64,000 nucleotides of DNA from Protoeuglena noctilucae (lineage: Eukaryota). Under the pieces are notes generated by a model. That model was not told the DNA's origin and ran no database searches. It saw only the letters and a program-made list of their open reading frames with translations. This document shows, piece by piece, positions 25,624-38,152 of the stretch. Every line of letters begins with the position of its first letter. Position 1 is the stretch's first letter. The position numbers and the translations under genes are program-made. The stretch lies in NCBI GenBank assembly GCA_958009085.1, contig OY253672.1, forward strand, positions 434,001-498,000. Direction: 5' to 3'.

Positions 25624-26474
25624 ATGGCAGCCGCCGGCACTTGCGACCCGTGCCTTCGTGGGCATTTGGCCCATGGGCGGAATCAATCGCTGGCGGGACC
25701 AAGAGCGCCGGCGTCGCGGCCCTCCAGGCGGCTGTGCGTGGCACGGGTCGGGGCGATGGTGAGCCGAGCCACCACGAGCCGCACAGCGCATATATCGCGC
25801 CCAGCGACTGGCGCTGAACTAATCGCTCTCCGTCCGATTCCACAGGACGCCAGTCCCTCGGCCCCGGAGGCGGCGTGGAGCACAACGCCGGTTCGACGGG
25901 GTGTCCTGAGCCTCCCGCCCCTGCCCAAGTCGGGGAACGCAAGCCAGGACCTCGCAGTTCTCATGGTGAGTTCCTCTCAGCCGCTCGTTCGCGACCATGC
26001 TCTCCGGCTGCGGCGCGACGGGCGCGACGAACGACGCGGACGCCCTCGCAGGCCGCCGTCGCCGACCAGCTCAAGGCCGCGGACACGGTCGTACTCCACG
26101 TGGAGCCGCTCGTGTCGTGGACCTCCTACATGGTGATCGTGACCGTCACGTCGAGGCCGCAGCTGCTGGCCGTCCAGGCAAGCGGCACCCAGGCTTCTAG
26201 TTACATGACTGCACAGAGCTCCCAGCTCTGCTGGCGTCACATTAGACGGCTCCCATGCGACCCATCGCGTATCCATCGCCCGCAGTACCGGTGCCGGGAG
26301 GTGGCGCGGGAGGTGGCGGGGCGGGAGGCGCAGGAGGGCAAGCCCGGGAAGAGCGAGTGGGAGCTCATTGACTTTGGGGACGTGGTGGTGTCCGTCATGA
26401 CCCCCGAACAGCGCGAGTACTACGACCTTGAGTCCTTCTACGGCCAGGCGGAGGAAATCGATTTGCCCTTCTGA
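25624..26474 (+). CDS. rsfS: Plastid Iojap/ribosome silencing factor RsfS
   Basis: AAVADQLKAADTVVLHV..SEWELIDFGDVVVSVMTPEQREYYDLESFY, with a transit-peptide-like first exon. Confidence 0.92.
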
Positions 26475-26502
26475 GAGAGAGATCGTGCATGGAGCGCATG
26501 CC

Positions 26503-27659
26503 CTAGCCGCGCAAACCAAACGCCCCAGCGTCGTCAGTGCCGCTTGGACCCCTTAGCCTTGCCCCTGCCTTTGCCCCCGGACCCTTTCTTGCGACCCCGC
26601 GACTCGTCAGACCCCTCCGGGACACTCCTCTACGAGGGTGATACGAAGGAGGTGGCGGTGGGGTTGAAAAGCCCGTTACCGTCACACAGGCGCACGGCGC
26701 ACGCGCTCGCTCCTGCTGGCCGCCAGTGCTCACCCGGAGTGCCCCCGCCACGACGGCCCACAGCGTCGGCAAGAGCGGGCTCGCCAGGATGACCCCCGCG
26801 ATGGACGCCGACGTGACAACCGTCGCGTGGTCCCTCAGACGGGGCTGCGATCGCATGAACGTCCCCACGAGCCGCGTCGTCTCCCATGCGAGCGAGGTGG
26901 CCGCCTTCACAAGGTGCCGCCACGCCGCCCACGCCGCGCTGACCACGGCCTTCACGACGCTGTCGACTGAGCCATTGACGGCCGGGCTGAGGAGGGCGCT
27001 GCGGATCCCGGATGCCTGGGCGGCCGCCGAGGCGTACAGGGCGCTGGCCCACGCTGCGTTGCGGGGAGGGGTTGCGTTGCTGTGAGGGAAGGCATATCGT
27101 ATTTGGTTCACGGCTGTGCTCGAGACAATGCAAGGCGCGTACCTGAGGTATCGGAAACCGCCTTGGAGCTCCACACGGCCCGCCATCCCCGGTACACGGC
27201 GAGGAAGCCCCTCCTCCACCCGCTCCACGTGACGATCCCCAGCAAAACCTCCAGGAAGCCCACCGCGAGCTGCAGGAGCGCCCGCGAGACGAGCTCCACC
27301 GCAGCAGACGCGACGCTCGAGAAAGTCGGCGAAACCTTGGCCCCCTTTAGTGCCTCATTCTCCGCCCGCAGCCGGGCCATCTCGGCCTCCAGGTCCGCAT
27401 TCCTGGGCCCCGCTGCCGCAGATCCCGCTGCCGCTGATCCCTGGAATCGCAGAGGAGAGTGTCACATGCGCATACAGGGGAAGACATCGCAAAGAGACGG
27501 GTTGCGGTCCAGGAAAGGCGAAGCACGTCGCCCCGGCGATCCGTGAAAGCGTATGGGGCCAAGCCAACTCGCCTGCGCTGCAGTGGTCAGAAGGAGGATA
27601 CACGCGAGGACAGCAAGGGCTAGCAAAAGAAAGGCGCGGAGCTTCTGGCTGGACAACAT
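26503..27659 (-). CDS. Hypothetical membrane protein with a signal peptide
   Basis: MLSSQKLRAFLLLALAVLACILLLTTAAQ, then a short coiled coil and hydrophobic exons. Confidence 0.55.
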
Positions 27660-28165
27660 CGTGGCGGCTCGAGTTCACACTGGTGGGGCGATCGCACGGC
27701 CATCTACAACTGCGGCCGTGAGCGCCTCATGCCGTCCGTTCGCCCGAGCGCGATGGGACGATTCCTTCTGATTTCTTCCTGGCGGACATCTGGCGCGAAA
27801 TTCTGAAGCTAAGGCGGGGCGTTGCTGCGAAGAAGACAACTCGACTTGACGCTAGATCATCGTCGCAGGGCGTGGGTGGTTACTGTGCATGCGATAACTG
27901 TGCGCCCTTTCAATCCTTCGTGTTTGGCGCCCGGGACGCTCATTCTTTCGCCACCAAGGAACCAACAGCCCGTGTCGACGCTCTTCACTGCTTAAGAGTC
28001 TGCCGTTTGGTGTAGAGCACGGCCGGCGGGGGCCATCGGGCCAGCCATGGTGACGAATAGCCAGGTGCACGGGCACCCGAGCGATAACCGTGGCAGATGC
28101 GCCCGATTAGCCATCCGACTCCAAGTCGGATGTCCGCAACGCTCTTCTGTGGACCATCGCTGAAC

Positions 28166-30976
28166 ATGTCGATCGAATGCCCGCCCCCGCAGGCGCTGAC
28201 CGTCGCGCAGGCCCGGGATGAGCTCCGCCGTGCCGTGGCGGACCTCTCTCAGCGATGCCTGCACTTCGGCAGCAAGTGGGCGGCGGAGCAGCTCGTGGGT
28301 CTCGAGCGCGCAGGTGAGCTGGCAGCGATCCTGCGCACCTGGGCGGGCTCGCGAGGTTGACGCAGCGAACACAGCGACACTGACCCGCCAAGCCCACGGA
28401 CGCTGTCCTGTCGCCGCCCCAGGTCCCCCGGACACCGGCGCCGCCTCCTCGTCGGGCCGCGTTCCGGCAGAAGAGGACTCTTGGCTTCTGCTGGGCCGCA
28501 GCCTCATTGACTGCCAGGAGTACGCGAGGGCAGCGGACGTGCTGCGGCGAGGGCGCGCCACCCCGGTCTCCCGCTTCCTGCAGCGGTACGCCGAGTACCT
28601 CCGCCTGCACCGCGCCGCCGCCGGCGCGCCCGGCCCCCGCGGCGCGCCGGGTGCCGCCAAGCCACGCAGTCAGCACCGGCAGGGGTTGGAGCGGTTGCTG
28701 GCGGGAGTGCTCGCTGACTTGGGCTTTGCCACGGCCGAGGCCGCCGCCGCGGGGGACGCTGCGGGGCACTGGGGCCTCGGTGCTGCGACTGGGGGGCTGC
28801 CCAGTGACCATGGCGACCCATTCCTCGCTTACTTGGCGGGCATGGTGCTGGCGGACTTGGGCCACGAGGCCCTGGCGCGGGGAGCTCTGAGTGAGTGCGG
28901 CAGTGGATGAAACGAGGCTGGCTCGCGAGGGCCGTGGCTAGTGTCAGCGCGCGTCATTCGTGTCCCGCCCCTGCAGCCGCGTCGGTCCGTGCGTACCCCT
29001 GCATGTACCCCGCTTGGAAAGCCCTCGTGCCGCTGTGCCGGGAACAGCCGCACGTCATGCGCGCGGGGGCGCCGCCCGGGTCGCAGCACCCGCCGGGGCT
29101 CCCGCGACACTGGGCCACCGACATGTTTCTGGCGACGGCCGCCAACGACGCCCAGCGGTCCGCGGAGGCCCTCGCGGCGGTGCGGGCCCTGCGCGCCTCT
29201 CCCGTCGCGGCCAGCACCACCGTCTCGCTCCTGGCAGCGACCGCCGAGTACAACCAGCGCTCGTACGACGCGGCTCTCCAGGCGTTTGAAACGCTGATGG
29301 ACGAGGAGCCGGCGATGCTGGACGGCGTGGACGTGTACAGCAACATCCTGTACGTCCACGAGGGCGTGGAGCAACTGAGCCTCCTGGCGCGCCGAGCGAT
29401 GAGCATTGATCGGTACCGGTGAGGGCGGGTGGTATCATGGGAGTGGATGAGAGGGGATGAGATCGGAGCAGATAAGGTGAGGTGGCATAAGAGCAGTTGA
29501 GATGAGCCGAGCTGGGGTGTTGCGGTGTTTGCGAGGGTGCCCCACCGGCACGCCTATCCTTCCGGGCACCCCTGTATATCTGGACCTCTCTAATCCTACA
29601 CCCATGTTGCATCGCAGTCCCGAGTCCAACTGCGTGGTTGGCAACTTCTTCTCGCTGCGTGGGGACCACACCAAGGCCGTCATGTACTTTGACCGCGCCG
29701 TCAAGCTTGACAAGAACTACCTCAGGTGATGGTGGATAAGAAGAGATCAAATAAGCATTGACTGGGTGGCCACCCGAGCCCTCAACACCCAGCACAAGCG
29801 CATGCGCACTAATGAGCGTTGCGACGGCCTTGGCTCACGTGTTTTACGCAACCACCAGGATCTCTGATTAACATCTATTTTCCTTTTGTCTCCGCAGCGC
29901 ATGGACGCTCATCGGCCACGAGTTTGTCGAGCTGAAGAACTCCGCGGCTGCCATCCAGGCATACCGGCGTGCCGTGGACATCAACCCGGTCGACTTCCGC
30001 GCATGGTACGGCCTCGGTCAAACCTACGAGTTCCTCTTACAGCCCCACTTCGCGTTGTACTACTACAAGCAGGCCGTCAAGATCAGGTGCGCGCTGGGCT
30101 GGGCTGGTGCTCTCCGAATATGCGCCACGTCGTAACCTCCGTGGCTCGCCCATGCATGTTGCATGCTTACAAAAAGCAAATGACTGGAATAAGCTTGCAA
30201 GTCCGTTACTCAATACGATCTCTTTCGCGATGTGACCCCCACCCAGGCCTCAGGACGGCCGCATGTGGACGGCGGTGGGGACGTGTTACCAGCAGGCCAG
30301 CATCGCGCAGACGGGGCAGGCCATCCAGGCGTACCAGCGGGCGGTGGAGCTGGGGGACCCGGACGGTGTGGCCTTGGACCGACTCGCGAGGCTGTATGAG
30401 GAGACGGGGCAGATGGGTGAGGGGGCGATGAGGCTGAGGACATGGCTTCAGGGCATGGCTGGCTGGGCACTGCTGTGACGTCAATACATCTACTTGCATT
30501 CATGCATTCACATGTTGTCTTTCCTCTTGCTAGTCAACTACCGACCCCTGCCCTGCGCCTCTCGTTTGCAGAGTTGGCGGCGCGCCACCACCGGGCCGTG
30601 CTGGAGCGCGCGGGTCCCACGGGGGCCCCCCACTCGGCCTTCTTTCTGGCAGAGGAGGCCACCGCCCGGGGAGACGTGGCGGAGGTGGAGCGGCTCATGG
30701 CGCCCTTCCTGGACACGGGGGGGCGGGACCGGGAACGGGCCAAGGCGGTGCTCAGGTGAGACCCGAGGGTGCCATGACTCACAGACCACTCTCACATCTC
30801 ACAGTGTTCGCTTGGTTTTCTGTTCACGCTTAGAGATACTGCGACTCGCCAACGAACCCTGTCCCCGCAGAGCGGCACGGGCGGCCCAGTCGGCAGGGGC
30901 ATTGCCGCAGGCTCCCGTGCCTGGGGTCCTCGAGGACAGCGGCAGCGACATTTCCCTGGACGCCGGCAGCGACTGA
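28166..30976 (+). CDS. CDC23: Anaphase-promoting complex subunit 8 (CDC23)
   Basis: [28 protein letters not shown] block [48 protein letters not shown]. Confidence 0.95.
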
Positions 30977-31182
30977 CGTTGACAGCGAGTGCTGAGAAGC
31001 GCTGTAAGAAGAGCTGAGAGGTGCTGAGAAGCTCGTTAGGAGGGCTGCAGCGGGTGCTGTGGAGTGCTAAGAAGGGCTGACCAGCTATTGAGGGTTGCCA
31101 CGAGTGCTGAATCGCTATCTAAGAGAGGGAGAAAGTGCGTGCTCGCCCGTGCACATGGGGCCGATGCCACTCAGGCACCTCA

Positions 31183-32135
31183 TCACTTGGGCCTCGCCTT
31201 GGCCTCCCTCTTGAGCCTGGATAGCTCCCGCGCCTCCTCGATTTCCTGTGCAAGAAAAAGCAAGGCGTGGGGCGCGTGGGACAGGCCAGAGAAAGCACGA
31301 AAGCACAGAGAGCGTCCACCCCACTCCCCATGCGCCATCCAACCAATAGCCACGCACCAGCACACCGTCTCTCAGCCGCCCCTCCAGCTCCTCGATTCGC
31401 GTCAACAGCCCCGCCCTCGCGTCTCCTTCCCCGTCCCCACCACCCGCATCACCCTCCCTGGGACCCGCCCCCTCATCGCGGCCACCCTGCGCCCCGCCCT
31501 CCATTCCCTCTCCCTCAGCAGGCCCCTCGGTGCTCGTCCCAGCCGCATCGCCCCCATCCCCGCCAATCTCAAACAGAAAGCGTGCTTCTAGCGCACACTT
31601 GTCCACCGAGTAGCGCCCCTGCTCGTGGTCACGCATCAGCCGCACGCGCACCGGGACGGCGTTGCCGGGCAGCAGGCCCTGCTCTCGCAGTTTCTTGAAC
31701 ACGTACAGCCGGCGGTTGTTGAGGGTGAAATACCAGCGCCCCTCGTTCCCCACGTCATCGGGATGTACCATCACTGCGCTGGGGAGCGCGGGAAATGCAG
31801 GAAGACGGGCCAGGCAGTGAGGGCGGCAACTCTCGCAGCGCACTCCGTCTCGCTGCCTGTCTCACCGGTGATGGTGGGGATGTCGGCCAATGTCGTCGTG
31901 CCATCCCGGATGGCAGCCACCGTGTCCTCGACGCGCCTCCCGCATCCGCTGAACACGGGCTTGATGCGGGAGTACGCAAAGCGGATCCGCCGGGGATCTG
32001 AGCAGGAAGTCGATAGTTTGTTTTCGCTACACAGGGCCTGGCTGCGGCCTGCAGAGCTGTCATGCGAGCACCAGAGATCGATAAAGGGCACGCACCGACA
32101 TTCTCTGCCCAGAACTTGACACCGTTTTTCCCCAT
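31183..32135 (-). CDS. Conserved hypothetical protein with a ParB/sulfiredoxin-like motif
   Basis: Spliced model DPRRIRFAYSRIKPVFSGCGR..IPTITV..WYFTLNNRRLYVFKKL, with an acidic/coiled tail. Confidence 0.6.
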
Positions 32136-32393
32136 CGCAGTCCCCTGTTCCCCCCCGACCAGGTCTGCAAAGGCAGAGGCTCCGGGAGCGCACCTAGCTG
32201 TCGCGTTCCAGCGGCTCGGTCTGGCGCAAGTACGCGGAGTCTTCGACAAGGACTCCGGCGCAGCACCTGTCCCCTGGTGTGTGCGGTTTCCCCGCCCGGC
32301 ACAGCGGCGCCTGGCCGTACGAGTCACGGCAGATTTTCTCCCGGCTCTAGCGAGATAAAACATCTTCCTGGCTCCTCTTTGCATCGCGCAACC

Positions 32394-33009
32394 ATGACTC
32401 GCGGCAACCAGCGTGACATCGACCGCGCCAGGGCCCAGGTGAGCCGCGTACGCGACGGCGCGACGCGAGAGCACGGAGTTCGTTTGCCACGTCACCCATG
32501 CCTCGCCTTAGCGGCACTCGCTGCGTCTCGGTTACCATCTCCTGGGTTCTGTGTCCGCGGACTTAGGCGAGCACCGCTTTCTGCTCGGGGAAGCGGCTCG
32601 ACGAGTCCTTTTTCCCTCTCGAGCCTGCAGAAGCGCTCTGAGCGGTTAGGGGGGAAGCCCTCCGCGAAGGAGAAGGACGGTCTGTCCAAGCAGGTGACGT
32701 GAACACGAGTCGCGGATTGCGCCGGGGCCTCGCTGCGCGGCTCCGCGCGCTGCGCTGGCCCCTCGGCACCGGAGACCTCTTCCAGGCCTGCGCGCGCCGC
32801 GGGGGAGTCCGGTGCCGCGTCGCCCGCCAGACATGGAGCAGAGGGGGGTATGGAAACGCACTGCATACCCAACGCACGTCGGAAAGCCCGCGAACAGCGC
32901 CTTGCCTCGCCCACGACCGCAGGCCCGCATTGAGCGCGACAAGGCGGCGCTCGAAGCCAAAGTCCAAGCTAAGCAAGCAAAGGAAGCGGAGAATAAAGCA
33001 GCAAAGTGA
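32394..33009 (+). CDS. SERF: Small EDRK-rich factor (SERF/4F5 family)
   Basis: Three exons: MTRGNQRDIDRARAQ|KRSERLGGK..GLSKQ|ARIERDKAALEAK..K*. Confidence 0.92.
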
Positions 33010-33092
33010 CGATGCGCGCTATGGATGAAAGCGCGGGAGAGCGAACACTGAGTGGTAGGCCCTGTGGTTAGGCCCTGAGACATTGGATTCTC

Positions 33093-35364
33093 TTAAATGC
33101 CTTTCAAAACGTTTAGTGACAATCCTGGCCCACTCGCTAGCCCCGTGATGACCCCGCCCCCCGCCTGCACCCGCTCCAGCAGCCGCACTGTGGGCACCGG
33201 AAAGGGCGGGGAGTGTATGCGAGGCTTCAGGGCAGGGACCCGGGTGGGTATCCATGCCGGTCCAAGGGTGGCGACCTCACCTGATTCAGGGCTGACGCGC
33301 TCCCCCGGCACCAGGGCGGGTATGCCCGGGGGGTAGGGGCACACCACAGATGCCGACACGCGCCCTTCGGCAGCGTCGATAGAAACACACTCTGTGGGCC
33401 AGCCCCTCGCCTCTCTGCAGCCGACATGAGCAAGACAAAGTTGACACATGGCTTGTTTGCGATTCCCGCCGCACGCGTCGGCAGCGGTGGGCGATGGCTC
33501 GCCTGGGTGACAGGACCACAGCATCGTTGGGGTCGCTCAACCCCTCTACATGCCCCGTCATGGGCCCGCTGCCGCCATCGATCACATCTTCTGCCTGCAT
33601 CGAACAAGCACTCGCGATGGGTCGACGGTTGCTTCCCCGGGTGACGGTGGAAATCATGCACACGGCACTTGACCCGCCTCACCTCGAGCAAGGTTGCGTA
33701 GGCGTCCACCAAGCGCCGGCCGTCCCCACGGTCCGTCCCCGGTCCCAGCGCAAACACCACCGACCGCACAGCGGTCATCTCGGGCACCAACCCAAACCTG
33801 TCGTCCAGCAGAGTTGCCACCGTAGCACCTGCATGTGTCCGGAGCACTGGGGCGCCTCCCGCCAACACCAAGACACCCCGCCCGCGCACAGTGCGCGGCA
33901 ACGGAACGCACCGGACGCGTGGAAGGTCCCCGGCGGGGTGACGGTCAGGCGAAGGTGGTCCCACCCCACGCAATGCGACCCCGGGCCTGCCGATGCCACG
34001 TCCAGCACCTCTGCCCCTAAGTCCCGCAGGCCCGCCCTGGCCTCGGCTGCCGCCTGAGTGACGCAAAACGAGTTAAAAGTGAGAGGTCTGTGGTAGGGTT
34101 CGATTCCTGGAGAGTTCTTGGTAGGGCCGTCATGGCACCTCACCTGCAAGGCGGCTGCGAAGAGGTCAGGCCCGGCCTCTGCCAGCTGGCACCTCGCAGC
34201 GTCGAGGGACGCCATGAGTAGATAGGAGGGGCTGCTGCTCTGGAGCGCTGAGAGGGCCGAGGACACGCGGCTCGCATCCACGCCTCGCTCACGCGCGCCC
34301 CGGCCCGTGTGCAGCATGGCTGACTGGGTCAGCGAGCCGAGGGTCTTGTGCGTCGACTGGGCCACCAGGTCCGCGCCCTGCTCGAGCGCGGTTTGGCCAC
34401 CCCCACTGCAGAGGGCGCGAGGAGCCGCGTTGCGCCAAGGGCCAAAGTCTCAGGCACATACACTGTTTTCCAGTCGCACCCACGCACCTGGACTTGGGTA
34501 GGAAGCCCAGGTGAGCTCCGTGGGCCTCGTCGACGATGAGCGGGACGTCCCTGTCGTGGCAGACCCTGGCAATGCCCGCCACGTCGCTGCACCCGCCAAA
34601 GTACGTCGGGGACGTGATGAGCACTGCACCGACCCTGGGAAAGGACAGGGCAAGCGGTATTGGTTGTACAGGCTTGCGAATGCTGATTAAGATGTGTTAG
34701 AGAAAGGGTGGCAGGTTCTAAGATGCCACTGGCTTTGTCCACACCTCTGTCCCGCTCGGGTACACACGTCGATGGCCTGGGCTACGGCAGACGGGGCCAC
34801 GCCATGCGCGACGCCAAGGCGCGTGTCCGTCGCCGGCAGGACCCAGTGGGGCCTCGCACCCGCCCACGCCATGCCGGTCACAGCGGACATGTGGCAGTTC
34901 CTCGCCAGTACCAGCGTGTCGCCATCACGGCACGTCGCAGCCACGGCGGCCTGCACCCCCGCCGTGCACCCGTTTACCAGAAACCATGTCCTCTCCGCAC
35001 CGAAGAGACCTGCCGCGAGCTCCTGGGCCCTCTCGATGGGCCCCGCAGCCGCATGCAGGTTGCCCAGGCCCTCAATCTCCGTCAAGTCGTACTGGAACAC
35101 TGCAATGATCGACGCAAGACAAGACACTTCATACGGTGGGGAGCCTGGTTTGTTAGCTGCTAGGCTCCTGGCGGTGTCCAGGTCACCAGCTTTCGGAGCA
35201 CCCCGCTCGCCTTGCGGCCCGAAGGAGGAGAGCAGGAGGTTGTGGACGCCGCGCCCGCCCTTGTGACCCGGCACGTGGAAGGACGTGTGGGATGCTCGGA
35301 CTCGGCTCCGAAGGGCGTCCAGCAGCGGCGCGTGCGCTTGGGTGAGCGCAGGAGGTGCCACCAT
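33093..35364 (-). CDS. PLP-dependent Orn/Lys/Arg decarboxylase, prokaryotic fold-type-I family (wingless SpeA/YaaO-like)
   Basis: FHVPGHKGG, LVNGCTAG, RNCHMS, TSPTYFG, VDEAHG, QSTHK (PLP lysine), SSSPSYLLMASLD and PYPPGIP. Confidence 0.92.
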
Positions 35365-35660
35365 TGAAGACGCCGGTCGTGACTCGCTGCGATTGCATGC
35401 AGCGGCAAAAACGGAGATGCCGCACATGCAAACGTGAACAGACGGCCGAGACAGTCACAGAAAAGGCGCTGGCCTTCGCTGCCAGCAAACGCGGACCTGA
35501 CTGCGGGCCCGAACAGACGCGCTTGTGGCGCGGACGCCCCCGCTGCTGGAGCAGGAGTTCGTGAGTTGATCCGCGTCCCTGCGATCGTCAGTCCATCCCT
35601 TGCCGTCCACCTCCAGCACGGATCATTTCTTGGCACAAATCCATCGACAGCTGATTGACC

Positions 35661-36602
35661 ATGACGTCCCTGCCCGTTTGCGCTGTGTCGCGATGCGTCT
35701 TGACGCAAAGGAAGGCCCCGGGGTCGACAAGGGCCTCTGCCTTTGGGGGAGTGCGGCTGGCGAGGGCTGTTCAGAACGGGTGCAAGGTGCAGGCGTTCTT
35801 CAGGCGAGGGCCTCTGCCGGCGCCGCGGCGCCAGCCCAGAATCTGCGCATCCTAGTCAGCGTCTCACAGGCGCGGCGCTTTGGCGTGTGCGCTTCTCTCG
35901 CGGCCCTGCGTGCCACCTGATGGGACGGCTCCCGGTCGTTCCGATGCGCGGCCCTGCGGGCAGCTCCAAGCCGCGCAAGGCGGCCTCGTAGACGTCTCAG
36001 TCGCGAAGACATTGCGCACCTGTCCAACGACCCTTACGTGCCGCTCCCGGCAGGCTCGGGGGCACGAACGCCAAGGAGGGCGGTATCTACGGCTCCCAGG
36101 GCCGCGCGGACTACGAGGACATTGATCTGGAGCACTACTTCAACTACGTGGGGGCGCTCGCGACCGAGGGGACCTACGACCGCATGTACGCCCTGAAGGA
36201 CTCGGGTCTGGACCCCATCGATGCCATCCTTGTGAGGGGCTGGCTTGGCTGAGGCAGCCTCAGCCGCGGTGCGCCCGGGCCCGCGCGCGGTTGAGAAAGC
36301 TGCTTCGTCTCCCGCAGATCCTGGCATCGGAGGAGAACGACACTCCCAAGATCGAGGAGATCTGCGAGGCGGGGGCCGACACGTGAGCACGCGAGCACTG
36401 CCGCGTGTGCTGTTGCCAAGAGAGCCCCGCCTCAGCCCGCCCTCGCGACGGTCACGGCGCCGCGTCCGCGTCCTCGCATCGCAGGTCCGTGAAGGACCTG
36501 AACGGCAAGCTGCCGGTGCAGCTGGCGACAAAGCCCGAGACGGTCGAGACGCTCAAGCGCTACATGGCCAAGCAGGGCGTGGCGGTTCCCCAGGACGCTT
36601 AA
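35661..36602 (+). CDS. LTD: LHCP translocation defect protein (LTD/GDC1), plastid ankyrin protein
   Basis: GIYGSQGRADY..EHYFNYVGALATEGTYDRM..ENDTPKIEEI..AGAD..VKDLNG, with a transit-like N-terminus. Confidence 0.92.
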
Positions 36603-36673
36603 AGTGTTTTCATGTCTTGCGCTCAAGCGTTACATGGCCAAGCAGGCGGTGCCGCAGGATGCTTAAAGCGCCA

Positions 36674-37873
36674 TCATGTCTTGCGCTTCTTGCTGTTCTT
36701 GGCCATGAGGGCCTGGCAGTCGGGGCAGTACCAGTCCCCCACGGGCTCCTCGACGAGCCCCACGCATTCGAAGTGAAACCACTCGTACTTGCAGTCCTTG
36801 CCGTCGCACCCCACCATGGGGCCGAAGCTGGGACGCTGACAGATGCAGAAAAGGGGCTCGTTTGGATCGAAGGCTGCGGGGGAGGGGCGGTTAGGAACTG
36901 CATTGGTTGGGCAGCACTGACCCCGCTTATTGGGAACGCTGTTGGTACGAGCGAGGGGGTCAAGAGGTAGCAACCTGGCGAGGGTGCCGACACTAGACTG
37001 ACTCACCCTGGGCCTCCGCTGGTGCACTGGGAACAGGGACATCCGCTTGTGGCTCGGGTGGGGGAACTGGTGTTGGGGCGGGCATGGCAGGGGGAGGGGA
37101 CGGCACGGGAAGGTCAATGGGTGGGAGGGGCGGCATGGGCCGTGGTGCCACCTCGGGCATCGGCGGCATTCCCAATGCCTGCCGGTCCGCCTCGATCTGC
37201 GGAGCGCGGCGGGCACGCGGGACCTGCCTGTGGGCTGCGAGAGCAGAGGGGCTGAGGGGTCGCACGAGGCGCGAGTCATGTCCACTCACCAGCGTCGTCA
37301 GCTCCTCCAAGTCGCGGTCGAGCCGAACGATGTGCTTGTCGATGAGCTCGTAAGCCCCGATCGCGGCCCGCTGCTTGGCCTCCGACAGGCTCGTCAGCTC
37401 GTCCCACAGCGGGGAGTCCCCAGACCCCTCGTAGCCGTCCTCCTCACGCGCACGCTGTTCCAGTTGGCTCTGCGACACCCAAAAAACTTGCACCGCCCCG
37501 TGTGCCGGGTGTAGGCCGGGCAACGCGCTCGCGGGGCCCCGCGGTGGCAGGCCTAGCGCGGCATTCCAAGCTGCGCGGCGGGCAAGCAGAGATTCCCGCG
37601 ATCGAGCATCCCAACGGCAGACACAAGAATACAACGCTCTGTCAGTTCCAACTCACCTCCATCACGGCCCGCAGCTCAACGAATTTCCGGACACTCTCCA
37701 CGTCCAGCGCCCTGATCTCCCCGAGCTGCGGGAGACCGATACGCGGGAAGTTTCTCGCACAACGCGTTTCATTAACTGTCGAAGACGGCGCTCGCGACGG
37801 CTGCGCGGCACACCTTCTTCTCCAGCTGCTTCCCCACGTTGTCGAGATGGTGAATGTGGTCATACATTGCCAT
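36674..37873 (-). CDS. ING: ING-family PHD finger protein
   Basis: YELIDKHIVRLDRDL and DPNEPLFCICQRPSFGPMVGCDGKDCKYEWFHFECVGL..WYCPDC. Confidence 0.93.
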
Positions 37874-38152
37874 GGCTGCTGACTAGACGCCCAGGGGCGG
37901 GGCGGGGTCCCCGGCGTGAGATGCCACCGAGGGCCCCTTAGCGCGTACCCACGCTCTACTGAGCCTCCTTCCTCAGCACGACACGTGCGCACGAGGCGTG
38001 GGTTGCAGCGGGTCTGTCAACACGCACGACGGTGGATATCCCTGACGCTTCAACAAGCAAAGATCGCAAATCACGCAATCGACAGCCCCATCAGCACTCA
38101 ACACCTGCTAAGCTAAACGTCCTGACTGGCGGCGCCAGACACCACTGACGCG

